From contig CAVQNG010000014.1 of NCBI GenBank assembly GCA_963713825.1, forward strand, positions 256,001 through 320,000: DNA of 64,000 nucleotides, written 5' to 3'. This document shows positions 20,104 to 29,620 of this stretch, in pieces (within the stretch, counting starts at the first letter, position 1; every line of letters starts with the position of its first letter). The DNA comes from an uncultured Acidobacteriota bacterium. Lineage in GTDB: Bacteria; Acidobacteriota; Thermoanaerobaculia; Multivoradales; JAHEKO01. The notes under the pieces are model-generated. The model searched no databases. It was not told the origin of the DNA and worked only from the letters and a program-made list of their open reading frames with translations. The translations under genes and the position numbers were made by a program.

Positions 20104-20145
20104 ATCCTCCTGCCAGAATCTCGCGAGCAGCGTCGTCAGTCGGCC

Positions 20146-21345
20146 ATGAAACAGATCCCTTGCTACGAAAGAGCGCCCTACCTGACCGAGCTGGAAGTCG
20201 AGGTAGTCGAGGTGCGGCAGGAGGAGGGGCGCCTTTTTGCGTTGCTCGACGACACGATCCTCTATCCCGAAGGAGGTGGGCAGCCTAGCGATTTCGGGTG
20301 GTTGAACGGCGTGAGAATCGACGACGTCAGGAAGCGAGGTGCTGAGATTCGGCACTACCTGACCGGTGGTGAGGTCATCGCCGGAAAGGGCTTGCTGCTG
20401 TTGGATTGGCCGCGCCGGTTCGATCACATGCAGCAACACACCGCTCAGCACCTCCTTTCAGCTCTGGCTGTGGATTTGTTCGGTTGGCGAACGAGGGCTT
20501 TTCACCTCGGCTTGGAGGTGAGCGATATCGATCTCGACGCTGCGGCACCCGCGGAAGAGGAGATCAGTGCGCTGGAGGAGGCCGTTGCGGTGCAGATTCA
20601 GGCCGCGCGGCGAATCCAGACACGAAGAGTCGACCCTGAGGACTACCGCAGCCTCGAGGTTCGGAGCCGTGGACTACCCGCTGGGCATTGCGGTGATGTA
20701 CGACTCGTGGAGATCGAGGGCGTCGATCTGAATACCTGTGGTGGCACTCATGTGGCGATGACTTCCGAAGTCGGTGGGGTAAAGATTATCCGTGCCGAGG
20801 CTCACCGCGGTGGCACTCGGCTGTTCTGGGTAGCGGGTGGGCGGCTCCGAAGGCGACTCGGGCGACACGAGGCGAGAAGTGGAGAGCTGCGAGGTCTCCT
20901 GGACACCGGGGACGACGAATTGGTGAGCGTTTGCCGCCTCAAGTTGGATCAGCTGGCCGGAGAGAGACGGCAGCGACGAGCGCTCGAGGAGGAGCTTGTT
21001 CAGAGGATTGTTCAGGAGCTGGAAGCCTCTCCTGGTGCGTTTCTGCATCGTCAGTTCGTTGGGGTGGAGGAGCATCTGCTACGCAGGGTGTCGGAAGAGC
21101 TTGGCAGATGGCCCGGGGAAAGAGTGGCGTTCCTGACCTGCGACAGGGATGGCGGTGCGTTGTTCTCGCTGGTACAGGGAGGCGATGGCAGGCGGGACCT
21201 TCGCGCTCTGGGCTCCCGGGTTTGTGAAATTCTGGGAGGTCGTGGTGGTGGTTCCGAGAGTGTTTTTCAGGGCAAGGCGGACTCACTGTCTCGTCGGGAT
21301 GAAGTGATTGGCCTGATCGAGACAGAAATGCGTCAGGATGCCTAG
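20146..21345 (+). CDS. alaX: Free-standing alanyl-tRNA editing protein (AlaX-L type) with C-terminal DHHA1
   Basis: LYPEGGGQPSD; Zn motifs HMQQHTAQH and CGGTH; C-terminal GGRGGG. Confidence 0.85.
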   Translation: MKQIPCYERAPYLTELEVEVVEVRQEEGRLFALLDDTILYPEGGGQPSDFGWLNGVRIDDVRKRGAEIRHYLTGGEVIAGKGLLLLDWPRRFDHMQQHTAQHLLSALAVDLFGWRTRAFHLGLEVSDIDLDAAAPAEEEISALEEAVAVQIQAARRIQTRRVDPEDYRSLEVRSRGLPAGHCGDVRLVEIEGVDLNTCGGTHVAMTSEVGGVKIIRAEAHRGGTRLFWVAGGRLRRRLGRHEARSGELRGLLDTGDDELVSVCRLKLDQLAGERRQRRALEEELVQRIVQELEASPGAFLHRQFVGVEEHLLRRVSEELGRWPGERVAFLTCDRDGGALFSLVQGGDGRRDLRALGSRVCEILGGRGGGSESVFQGKADSLSRRDEVIGLIETEMRQDA

Positions 21346-21379
21346 TACGTCCCTCTACAACTAGTTTTCCATGAAGAGC

Positions 21380-22279
21380 TCACCGCAAGTGGGATTTGTC
21401 TATCTCTCGAAGGGATCGCCAGGGCTGTTGTGCAGCGAGCCTTTGAGAGTCACGACTCTCCGCCATCCGGGTACCGAGGTTCGCCGATAGGGGAGGAGAG
21501 GGGGGTGGACTGCCGGTCATGGCGCACCATTGGAGGGAGTTGGCGAGGTGAATTGAGTAGCTGGACCGCGCTTCGCGGTCCCAATCTTCATGCCGAAATG
21601 AGTTGCCGTTGAGCCGTTGCGGCTCGAGCTCGGTCTGTGCCTGCTTTCTCGGCTGACCGTTGCCACCCGGGCGCTTGCTGGTAGCGGACAGGTGCGCTCG
21701 CCAGGAGTCGGGTGGGTGGTACAGATCGAAGGCGCCATGCGACAGGGGATAGACCTCGATCTGCACGGTGCCGTCGCTTTCGGTGTCACCATTGGAGACT
21801 TGCTCCAGCACCTTGTTGCCGAAAGGAACGGCGACAAACTGGTGGACTCGACCGTGACCATTGGAGAACCCGCCAAGCCACGAATGTTCCTCGAGGACGA
21901 GATAGTCCTGTGGATTGCGGTGCAGAGCGGTCGTCCAGGACCTTCCTGAGACAGCGTCCCTGCTGCCGGTGCGGATCTTCACTGCGAAGGGGTAGAAGGC
22001 TTCGTGGGCAACGCAATAGCACGGTTGGAAGCTGAGCCACATGGCCTCGGATTGATACATGGGGAGCATGGCCTCGACCCGATCGAGCCAGGGGGCCAAT
22101 CCCTGATCGAGCAACTCCTGAACCGGAAAGAGCGGAAAGCGGCCGAGACCCGGAAGCAGCGGGAACTCTCTTTCTCCGTCAGGAATCCTCAGCGTGCGTT
22201 GAAACTCGATCGTCAGTTTTGCGTCGGGGTGAACCTCCGGGAACGAGAATACGAGTTGGTCGTGAGTTAGCTCGATCAT
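21380..22279 (-). CDS. Uncharacterised protein of the FQRTLRIPD...PGLGRFPL...PMYQSEAMW family
   Basis: Recognisable conserved blocks shared with bacterial hypothetical proteins and fungal ubiquitin-fused proteins (from memory); AAGGAG RBS; start overlaps the XRE stop (ATGA). Confidence 0.65.
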   Translation of the reverse strand: MIELTHDQLVFSFPEVHPDAKLTIEFQRTLRIPDGEREFPLLPGLGRFPLFPVQELLDQGLAPWLDRVEAMLPMYQSEAMWLSFQPCYCVAHEAFYPFAVKIRTGSRDAVSGRSWTTALHRNPQDYLVLEEHSWLGGFSNGHGRVHQFVAVPFGNKVLEQVSNGDTESDGTVQIEVYPLSHGAFDLYHPPDSWRAHLSATSKRPGGNGQPRKQAQTELEPQRLNGNSFRHEDWDREARSSYSIHLANSLQWCAMTGSPPPSPPLSANLGTRMAESRDSQRLAAQQPWRSLREIDKSHLR

Positions 22280-22647
22280 AGGGTCGTCTCCTTTGGGTTC
22301 TTGCGTCTTCGGGCGCTGGTCACGAGATACCGCAAGCCGGCGTCCGGCATAGAGCGGACTTCACGAATCAGTTGAGCCATGAGGCGAGGTCGCCGCCGAA
22401 TGACCTCTTGGAGATCGACTGCTACTTTGCCCGCCATGGCCAACAAGGTGTCCGGATCCTCGTCGAGCTCGCGGGCCAGGGCGCGGATCTTGGGCTCGGA
22501 GGGTGGCGCCTCGCGGCCGCGTTCCACCTTGCTGAGATAGGAGGGCTCGACACCGACGCGAGCGGCGACCTGGCGAACCGAGAATGTTCGATCCACCTTC
22601 CTGAGGTTCTCGCGACGCTGTCGGATGTAGCTTCCGAAGTCGGTCAT
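22276..22647 (-). CDS. XRE-family HTH transcriptional regulator
   Basis: FGSYIRQRR...SVRQVAARVGVEPSYLSKVERG HTH; DTLLAMAGKV. Confidence 0.88.
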   Translation of the reverse strand: MTDFGSYIRQRRENLRKVDRTFSVRQVAARVGVEPSYLSKVERGREAPPSEPKIRALARELDEDPDTLLAMAGKVAVDLQEVIRRRPRLMAQLIREVRSMPDAGLRYLVTSARRRKNPKETTL

Positions 22648-22655
22648 CTGTTTGG

Positions 22656-22687
22656 GTAGTATATAGTACATACTACACATTTGTAAA
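22656..22687 (-). promoter_or_regulatory. sigma70 promoter (TTTACA-N18-TATACT) overlapped by a 7-7-7 palindromic operator
   Basis: AT-rich island. GTAGTAT (22656-22662)-N7-ATACTAC (22670-22676) is a perfect inverted repeat. On the minus strand, -35 is 22682-22687 and -10 is 22658-22663. Confidence 0.7.
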
Positions 22688-22746
22688 CCATCTCGTTCAG
22701 GAGAGAGGGCGCCCCGCGCTTTTGTGGAATCCGATAATCTGTCTCT

Positions 22747-23376
22747 GTGCTGACCGTCTGGGTTCTTGCTGCCTTGGTCGGTGTTCTTCTGTGGTGCGAG
22801 TTCAAGACCTGGCGAGTTGGGGTCTGGCTCAGCAAGCCACTGGCATCGGCTGCTTTCGTCGTCCTTGCCCTTGAATTTGGGGCGACGAATAGCCGCTACG
22901 GTCTATGGATACTGGCTGGACTGATGGCTTGTTGGCTGGGGGATCTCCTGTTGATCCCTCGTCACCAGGAGTCCTTCAAGGCTGGGATCCTGAGCTTCCT
23001 CGCCGGACATGTCCTGTACTCGGCGGCGTTCGTGGTGCTCCGAGTCGATATGGGCTGGGTGCTGATCGCGGTGATTCCGTTGGGTGCTGCTGCCTGGTTC
23101 GTCGGCCGGCGACTCATGGAATCCGTGGGCCAGGGCCTCCGAGGTGCGGTAGCGGCCTACATCCTGGTGATCTCTGGAATGCTCGCACTCGGGATAGGCG
23201 CCTGGGGCTCTTCAGGCCATGCAGTGCTTCTCATGGCGCCCGCTGCCTTCTACCTTTCGGATCTGGCTGTCGCCAGGAATCGGTTCCTGCAACCGGGGTT
23301 CGTCAATCGGCTGGTCGGGTTGCCTCTTTACTATGGGGCGCAGGCCCTCTTTGCCTGGAGCGTGACGCTCGGCTAG
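22747..23376 (+). CDS. yhhN: YhhN/TMEM86-family lysoplasmalogenase-like membrane protein
   Basis: KPL, LGDLLL, FLAGHVLY, FYLSD and YYGAQ motifs. Confidence 0.85.
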   Translation: MLTVWVLAALVGVLLWCEFKTWRVGVWLSKPLASAAFVVLALEFGATNSRYGLWILAGLMACWLGDLLLIPRHQESFKAGILSFLAGHVLYSAAFVVLRVDMGWVLIAVIPLGAAAWFVGRRLMESVGQGLRGAVAAYILVISGMLALGIGAWGSSGHAVLLMAPAAFYLSDLAVARNRFLQPGFVNRLVGLPLYYGAQALFAWSVTLG

Positions 23377-23380
23377 GGGC

Positions 23381-25057
23381 TCAGCTCGACACAGTTGGTT
23401 TGAAGGTTGGCTCGCGGCGAGCCTGGGTGGCTTGCTCGAAGGCAAAGGCCAGTTTCAGCAGCAACGGCTCACTCCAAGCCCGACCGAAGAACGATAGGCC
23501 GACGGGCAAGCCGTGAACGAAGCCGGCGGGAACCGTGATGTTCGGATAGCCGGATACCGCTGCATAGCTCGAGCTACCTCCAAGAAAGTGATCGCCATTG
23601 ACGAGGTCCGTCGTCCAGGCAGGCCCGCCTGTCGGAGCGACGATCGCGTCGAGGCGGTGCTGATCCATGACGGAGTCGATCCCGCCGGTTCGGGTGGCCT
23701 GACGGCAGAGCTCGAGAGCGCTGGTGTACTCGGGGCTCGTCAGGTCACCCCGTGACTCTGCTTCCAGGAATATGTCCTGTCCGAAGAACGGCATCTCGCT
23801 GTCAGCATTCTCGTCATTGAAACGGATGAGGTCGGCCAGGCTCTTGACGGTCGTCGATGGCCCAAGGTTGGCCAGGTACTGATTGAGATCGGTCTTGAAC
23901 TCATAAAGCAACACCTCATATTCTGCATCGCCAAACTGGCCTCGTGTCGAGAACTCCACGGGGTCGATCAACTCGGCGCCCTGGCCCTTCATCGCATCGA
24001 GCGCCTCCCCGAGGGTGGCGTCCACTCCCGGATGGAATCCGAAGTACTGTCTGGCGACGCCAATGCGAGCGCCCGAGAGACCCTCGGGGTCCAGAACGGA
24101 GGAGTAGTCGAGTGTGGCCCTTTCTTCATTTCCTCTGGTGGCCTTGTCCGCGGGATCGACGCCGACGAGAGCGCTGAGGAGAACCGCAGCGTCGACGACG
24201 GTCCGGGTCATGGGTCCAGCGGTGTCCTGCGAATGGGCAATCGGCACGATCCCGGACCGGCTGACGAGTCCAACCGTTGGTTTGACTCCGACGAGCCCAT
24301 TGGCGTTCGCTGGGCAGACCACAGATCCGTCGGTCTCGGTGCCGAGGGAAACCGCGGTGAGGCTGGCTGAGGTTGCGACCCCAGACCCGGAGCTCGAGCC
24401 GCAGGGGTTGCGGTCCAGTACATAGGGATTGCGACACTGACCGCCTCGCCCGCTCCAGCCGCTGGACGACTGACTGGAACGGAAATTGGCCCACTCGCTC
24501 AGGTTCGCCTTGCCGAGCAGGATGGCTCCAGCTTCTCGAAGTCGATGGGCGACCCAGGCATCCGCAGGCGCGACGCAGCCCTCGAGAGCTAGAGAGCCGG
24601 CGGTAGTCGTCATCTGATCGTTCGTGGCGATGTTGTCTTTGAGGAGTACAGGTATGCCGTGGAGAGGACCCCGAGAGCCGCCCGACTGGCGCTCTTCGTC
24701 GAGTCTCTGGGCGATGCTGAGGGCGTCGGGATTGGTCTCCAGAATCGAATTCAGCTCGGGACCCTGCCGATCCAGGGCCTCGATTCGCTCCAGATACATT
24801 GTGGTGATGTCTTGCGCCGTCCATCGACCCGACTCCATCGCCGCCTGAAGCTCGAGGATCGACAACTCTGACAATGCAAAGTCCTCGCCCCGGAATGGGA
24901 CCGAAGTCGAGTCGACGGTCGAATCGGCAGGTTCCTTTTGTCGGGAACAGGCAAGGGGTCCCGCCAGAGCTACGGCCCCTCCGAGTGCGCCCGCTTCCAG
25001 CAGCTCCCGTCGGCTCAAGCCGGACCCAACTTTCGAATTCTGTCTGCGCTGGACCAT
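23381..25057 (-). CDS. Amidase signature family enzyme, Tat-exported (possible lipoprotein)
   Basis: SRRELL twin-arginine motif then LAC; LHGIPVLLKDNI, GKANLSEW, GSSSGS, GTETDGS. Confidence 0.92.
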   Translation of the reverse strand: MVQRRQNSKVGSGLSRRELLEAGALGGAVALAGPLACSRQKEPADSTVDSTSVPFRGEDFALSELSILELQAAMESGRWTAQDITTMYLERIEALDRQGPELNSILETNPDALSIAQRLDEERQSGGSRGPLHGIPVLLKDNIATNDQMTTTAGSLALEGCVAPADAWVAHRLREAGAILLGKANLSEWANFRSSQSSSGWSGRGGQCRNPYVLDRNPCGSSSGSGVATSASLTAVSLGTETDGSVVCPANANGLVGVKPTVGLVSRSGIVPIAHSQDTAGPMTRTVVDAAVLLSALVGVDPADKATRGNEERATLDYSSVLDPEGLSGARIGVARQYFGFHPGVDATLGEALDAMKGQGAELIDPVEFSTRGQFGDAEYEVLLYEFKTDLNQYLANLGPSTTVKSLADLIRFNDENADSEMPFFGQDIFLEAESRGDLTSPEYTSALELCRQATRTGGIDSVMDQHRLDAIVAPTGGPAWTTDLVNGDHFLGGSSSYAAVSGYPNITVPAGFVHGLPVGLSFFGRAWSEPLLLKLAFAFEQATQARREPTFKPTVSS

Positions 25058-25207
25058 GATCGCTCTCCTCAGGGTGACAGGTCGAGTTCTGGGGATCGAG
25101 GATGGCAGCATCCAGCGTTTCGATCAAGCGAGTCCGAGCGCTCCTTCGGCTCGAGAAGCTACCCTCGAATAACCAGGACGGTGGCTAAATGACTGGCGGG
25201 TCTGCGT

Positions 25208-26569
25208 CTAGGGGAAGGTTTGCGACCAAGCGTCGGTGCTGGCCGATTCGAAGCCGTCGCGAAAGAAGAGCCCTGTTACCTCGTCGGCGCCAGCGTCAGG
25301 CTGATCGTCTCGCGACTCTAGGTCGATGTCGCCATCGGCTATGCCGTTTGGCAGGGCAGTACCGCTGTCGATGGGTCCAGAAGCACCGGCTGTGAGATGC
25401 AGATCGCCGAGGGTGGGTTCGACAAACCAGTCCAGTGGGGCGCCGGCAAGGTTGGTCGTGAGACTGGCAGAGGCGCCGTTACGTGACAGCAGGGTATGGC
25501 TGACGAGGTTATTCGTGATCTCGGCCAGGGTATTCTCGAAGCGCCATTCGATCGACGACGAGCTTGGGCTCTGGGTCGAGACAGCGCTGTTGTGGTAGAT
25601 GCCCGTGCCATGAGCTTGTTCGAGTCCGACCGCGGTGTCGAAACCATATTCGGATTGAAACAGTCGCGAGTCCGCAGCTGCTATGAAATTGTTGCGAATC
25701 ACGCCGTCGTAGTGGCCGATGTATGAGATTCCCGAATAGGGGTCGTCTGGATAGGTACGACTGGCTCCAGTCGAGCCGAGTCCGAAGCCGATGCCTCGCG
25801 CGCAGTCGAGGATGACATTTTCCTCGACGATCGTGTCGCGCGAGGCGGACCAGAAGTGCACGCCGTGCTCTGCGAGCCCACTAAGACACCAGAAGCCCTC
25901 GATCCGATTGCGTCGGATCAGCCAGCCCCAGGCCTGGTGAGCATCGATACCCCCCGTGTAGCAGTTCGAGACGTTCGGCCGTCCCGCGTCGGTGAGCTCG
26001 ATAAGGCTGCACTCGATCGTCCCGTTGTCGGCGAAACCGTCTCCGACGGGGTTGATCTTGATGGCCTGCTCGCCCGGGTCGACGATCCTCACATTGTGAA
26101 TCATCACCCCGGTAATGGGGTGGCCGGGGGAACCGGAGACATGAATCGGATGGTGGTAGGCCCTCTTCAGGGTCAGATCGGCAATGACCACATTCGATGC
26201 ACGAATGGAGGCCAGCTCGGCGGTGGTGTAGGCGCCATCCAGCACCACGGCATCACGATTGCCGCTTGCCGAACGCATGGTGACCCCTGGTGTTGCGAAG
26301 GAAAGCCAGTTCTCTCCGCTCATGTCGTAGAGTCCATCACTGAGCAGCAGAGTCGTTCCTGACGAAGCACCGGCCACGATGGCCTGGAGTTGATTGGCTT
26401 GCGAGGGTTGGACCTCGATGATCGTGCCACTCGGAGGAGGCAGCGGGGCACAGGGAGGCTGAGCGGAAGAGGGCGACGCCACCATGATGAGGGCGGCGAG
26501 AAACCCCTGAGCGACGATTCTGGTCACAGCTCGATGTCCTGGAGCCGGGTGGCTCGGAAGTCCGTGCAC
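25208..26569 (-). CDS. Secreted right-handed beta-helix (pectate lyase-like) protein with choice-of-anchor-Q-like region and C-terminal DGFES tag
   Basis: Signal peptide (start may be GTG 26527); parallel beta-helix repeats; DLHLTAGASGPIDSG...DAGADE; ends LFFRDGFESASTDAWSQTFP. Confidence 0.75.
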   Translation of the reverse strand: MHGLPSHPAPGHRAVTRIVAQGFLAALIMVASPSSAQPPCAPLPPPSGTIIEVQPSQANQLQAIVAGASSGTTLLLSDGLYDMSGENWLSFATPGVTMRSASGNRDAVVLDGAYTTAELASIRASNVVIADLTLKRAYHHPIHVSGSPGHPITGVMIHNVRIVDPGEQAIKINPVGDGFADNGTIECSLIELTDAGRPNVSNCYTGGIDAHQAWGWLIRRNRIEGFWCLSGLAEHGVHFWSASRDTIVEENVILDCARGIGFGLGSTGASRTYPDDPYSGISYIGHYDGVIRNNFIAAADSRLFQSEYGFDTAVGLEQAHGTGIYHNSAVSTQSPSSSSIEWRFENTLAEITNNLVSHTLLSRNGASASLTTNLAGAPLDWFVEPTLGDLHLTAGASGPIDSGTALPNGIADGDIDLESRDDQPDAGADEVTGLFFRDGFESASTDAWSQTFP

Positions 26570-26655
26570 TGGAAACTGTAGAGGCTAGTGGAGCAGTGGA
26601 CTGTGACTTCCTTCACAGTCCAATGCCCTCGGATTCGCACCCATTTGGGCGCCGC

Positions 26656-28062
26656 TCAAAGAGTCGCTTCAGCGGAGCTCGGAGGTAGCCAGCAGGTGAC
26701 CACGATTCCACCTTGAGGCCGTATCTGCAGACTGAGCTTGCCGCCGTGCGCTTCGAGGATCTCTCGGCAGAGTGGGAGGCCCAATCCGCTGCCGGTCTGT
26801 TTTGTCGAGTAGAAGGGCAAGAGCGCTTTGCGGAGATTCTCCTCGTCCATTCCGCGACCCCGATCCAGGACCTGGATGTAGGTGCCTCCCCCGCGAGTGG
26901 AATCGACTCGAAGGGTGATGTCCTGCGGGTCTTCGGAGGCTTCGACCGCATTCTTGAACAGATTCACCAGGACCTGCTGCAGCTGGCCGGGGTCGAAGTA
27001 GCCGGGACGCGTCGGCAGGCTCCCAGCCACAGCCACCTGGGGAAACTCGCTGAACCGGCCTAGAAACTCTTCCCAGTCGACCGCCTCGTATTGCGGCGCA
27101 GGAAGGCGCGCAAAGCGAGCATAGCCCTCGATGAAGCGTGACAGGTGCTCCAGCCGTTCCTCCATGGTGCTGTAGATCTCGTCTGCGCGGTCAGCATGGC
27201 GTGGTTCCCGTGCGACGATTCTCGCAGAGTGCAGGAGGGAAGAGATGGGAGCAAGAGAGTTATTGAGCTCGTGAGAGATGACTCGTATGACTCGTTTCCA
27301 GATGGCCGCCTCCTGGCGGCCAAGATCGCCAGTCATGCGACGCAGCAGGATCAGCCGGTGTGAGCGTCGATTGAGCTGGAAGACCCGCTGCGAAAGATGA
27401 TAGGTCTCGACGACGTCCTCGGACTGGACGGAGAAGAGCCCATCGGTGTTCCCAGTGAGGATCTGCCTCATCTGCTCTGGCAGGCCGTCCCGCAGCTCGG
27501 AGAAGCTCCTGCCCTCGAGCTTGGCGCCTCCCAGAAGCAAGCGGCGCGCCTCCTGATTGGAGTAGATGACTCGGTCTGAGTGATTGACCAGGGTAATCGC
27601 CACCGGTGACTGATTGAGGGCTGCCTGTAGGAGCAGCTCCCGTTCTCGCATGTCGCGTCGCTCGCTTTGCAGAATGGTCCCGACCTCGTTGTAGAGCTGA
27701 GCGATCTGTCCGAATTCGTCAGAGCGACGGCTTTGGAGTCGGACACTGAAGTCTCGATCCCGGAAGCTCCGGATCCCGTCGGAGAGGTCCTCGAGGATCC
27801 CTTCGATGGGGCGCAAGAGGCGGGTGATGAGCCATGCACCGACAGGGAAGGCGACCAGGAGCACCAACAGGAAAATACTCCAGGGGCCCAAGCCAGATTT
27901 CGTTCCCAAGGCGGCGAGCGCCGCCATCATGACGAGAATTGCGAGAAATCCGGCCGTAACCCTACCGGCGAACGAGACTCTCGGTCGGGCGTAGGAAACC
28001 TCGGGCCGTTCGACAAGGGGAATCGCGGTTCGTCGTGCTGGAGGGTCTGGATCAGAGCTCAT
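26656..28062 (-). CDS. Sensor histidine kinase (2 TM, HAMP, PAS, HisKA, HATPase)
   Basis: H-box SHELNNSLAPI; N-box NLFKNAVEA; DRGRG; PFYSTKQTGSGLGL. Confidence 0.92.
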   Translation of the reverse strand: MSSDPDPPARRTAIPLVERPEVSYARPRVSFAGRVTAGFLAILVMMAALAALGTKSGLGPWSIFLLVLLVAFPVGAWLITRLLRPIEGILEDLSDGIRSFRDRDFSVRLQSRRSDEFGQIAQLYNEVGTILQSERRDMRERELLLQAALNQSPVAITLVNHSDRVIYSNQEARRLLLGGAKLEGRSFSELRDGLPEQMRQILTGNTDGLFSVQSEDVVETYHLSQRVFQLNRRSHRLILLRRMTGDLGRQEAAIWKRVIRVISHELNNSLAPISSLLHSARIVAREPRHADRADEIYSTMEERLEHLSRFIEGYARFARLPAPQYEAVDWEEFLGRFSEFPQVAVAGSLPTRPGYFDPGQLQQVLVNLFKNAVEASEDPQDITLRVDSTRGGGTYIQVLDRGRGMDEENLRKALLPFYSTKQTGSGLGLPLCREILEAHGGKLSLQIRPQGGIVVTCWLPPSSAEATL

Positions 28063-29482
28063 CGGGGCCGCCTTTGGCTCGGCGCTCGAGCTCGATTCCG
28101 AGTCGTTCCATCTTCCGATAGAGCGCTTGACGGGAGATTCCCAGGAGACTGGCAGCATGTGCGACGACACCTTGCGCCTTGGAGAGAGCTCGAAGGACCT
28201 GCTTGTGCTCGGCGATGTCTTCGGCCCTTACCGTCTTCGACGAGGCGTCCGGTGGCGGCAGCTCCTCTTCGTTGACGAGTCCGAGATCGATCGCAGTGAT
28301 CTCTGCGCCTGGCGCCACGAGGGTGGCTCGGTGGACTCGATTCTCGAGCTCCCGAACGTTGCCGGGCCAATCGTGCTCCACGAGGGCGATTCTTGCCCTC
28401 TCACTGAAATCGGTGGCTCGGGATCCTCCCCCGTCGGCAAGCTTCTTCAGGAAGAACTCGGCCAAGGGAAGAATGTCGTCGCATCTCTCCTGGAGGCCAG
28501 GAACCTCGAGCTCGACGACATTGAGTCGAAAGAACAGGTCCTCGCGAAAGGAGCCCGACGCGATGGCTGCGGTCAAATTGGCATTGGTGGCACTCAGCAC
28601 CCGAACATCGGAGTGTAGTGTTCGACTACTGCCCAACCGCTGGAAGTCGCCACTTTGCAGGATGCGTAGCAGCTTGACCTGTCCGCTCAAAGAGAGGGCA
28701 TCGATCTCATCCAGGAACAGTGTCCCTCCGGCGGCCGACTCGAAGTGGCCGATGCGGCGTTTCTCGAGTCCGGTATAGGCCCCTACCTCGGCCCCGAAGA
28801 GCTCGCTCTCCATCAGCTCTTCCGGAATCGCTCCCACGTTGACCCGGATGAAAGGCCCCTGACTGCGGCGTGAGTTTGCCTGGACGATCTCGGCCAGCCT
28901 CTCCTTCCCGGAGCCGCTGGGGCCGGTGATCAACACGGGGGCGTCCGATCCGGCGATGCTCACGGCCAGCGAAATCGTGCGGTGAAGAGCCTCGCTCTCG
29001 TAGACGATGCCGCAGAGATCGTACTGGTCGGCCAGGCTTCGTCGTGTGGCGCGAACTTCGGCCTTCAACTGGTCGTTCTCGAGCTGCAGGGCCCTCAGTT
29101 GGAGGAGGTTACGCACCGCGGCCAGCAGCTTGTCGTCGTCCCATGGCTTTTCGATGTAGTCGCTGGCACCCTCCTTGACCAGCTGAACGGCGGTCTCGAG
29201 GGAGGCCCAGGCCGTCATCAGGAGAATGGGAACATCTGCCTGGGTTCGTCGGAGGGCGCGAAAGAGGTCGATCCCCTGTTCACCCGATGTCTGGCTGCGA
29301 CCGAAGTTCATGTCCTGGAGGACCGCTCCAAGGGTTTGGCTTCGGGCGATCCGCAGCGCCTCCTCAGGCGACGACGCTTTCAGATTAGCGATGTCGTGCA
29401 GGTCCAGGAGGACTTCAAGCGCTTTGACGACCGCAGGTTGGTCGTCGACAATCAGAATGGGTAGGGGAGAGACGTCGCTCAC
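28052..29482 (-). CDS. sigma54-dependent NtrC-family response regulator
   Basis: Receiver (VDD, QDMNF, KPW); Walker A GPSGSGKE; ESELFG, GAYTGL (GAFTGA variant), LFLDEI, WPGNVRELEN; Fis-type HTH. Confidence 0.93.
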   Translation of the reverse strand: MSDVSPLPILIVDDQPAVVKALEVLLDLHDIANLKASSPEEALRIARSQTLGAVLQDMNFGRSQTSGEQGIDLFRALRRTQADVPILLMTAWASLETAVQLVKEGASDYIEKPWDDDKLLAAVRNLLQLRALQLENDQLKAEVRATRRSLADQYDLCGIVYESEALHRTISLAVSIAGSDAPVLITGPSGSGKERLAEIVQANSRRSQGPFIRVNVGAIPEELMESELFGAEVGAYTGLEKRRIGHFESAAGGTLFLDEIDALSLSGQVKLLRILQSGDFQRLGSSRTLHSDVRVLSATNANLTAAIASGSFREDLFFRLNVVELEVPGLQERCDDILPLAEFFLKKLADGGGSRATDFSERARIALVEHDWPGNVRELENRVHRATLVAPGAEITAIDLGLVNEEELPPPDASSKTVRAEDIAEHKQVLRALSKAQGVVAHAASLLGISRQALYRKMERLGIELERRAKGGPDEL

Positions 29483-29488
29483 GAGCTG

Positions 29489-29494
29489 ATTCTA
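29489..29494 (-). promoter_or_regulatory. -10 element TAGAAT 6 nt upstream of the GTG start (leaderless-type promoter)
   Basis: Minus strand reads GC-TAGAAT-CAGCTC-GTG, with no Shine-Dalgarno. Confidence 0.45.
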
Positions 29495-29620
29495 GCCTCA
29501 CGTCGATGATGGTCTACCGGTGGTTGCCTTGCAGCCTTCCTCCTGGTGTGAGAGCTCTCGTCTCGAGTCCTCCGGTTCCCTGCTGAACCGGTACGGGAGA
29601 GGTTCCTGTTGGTTGCAGGT

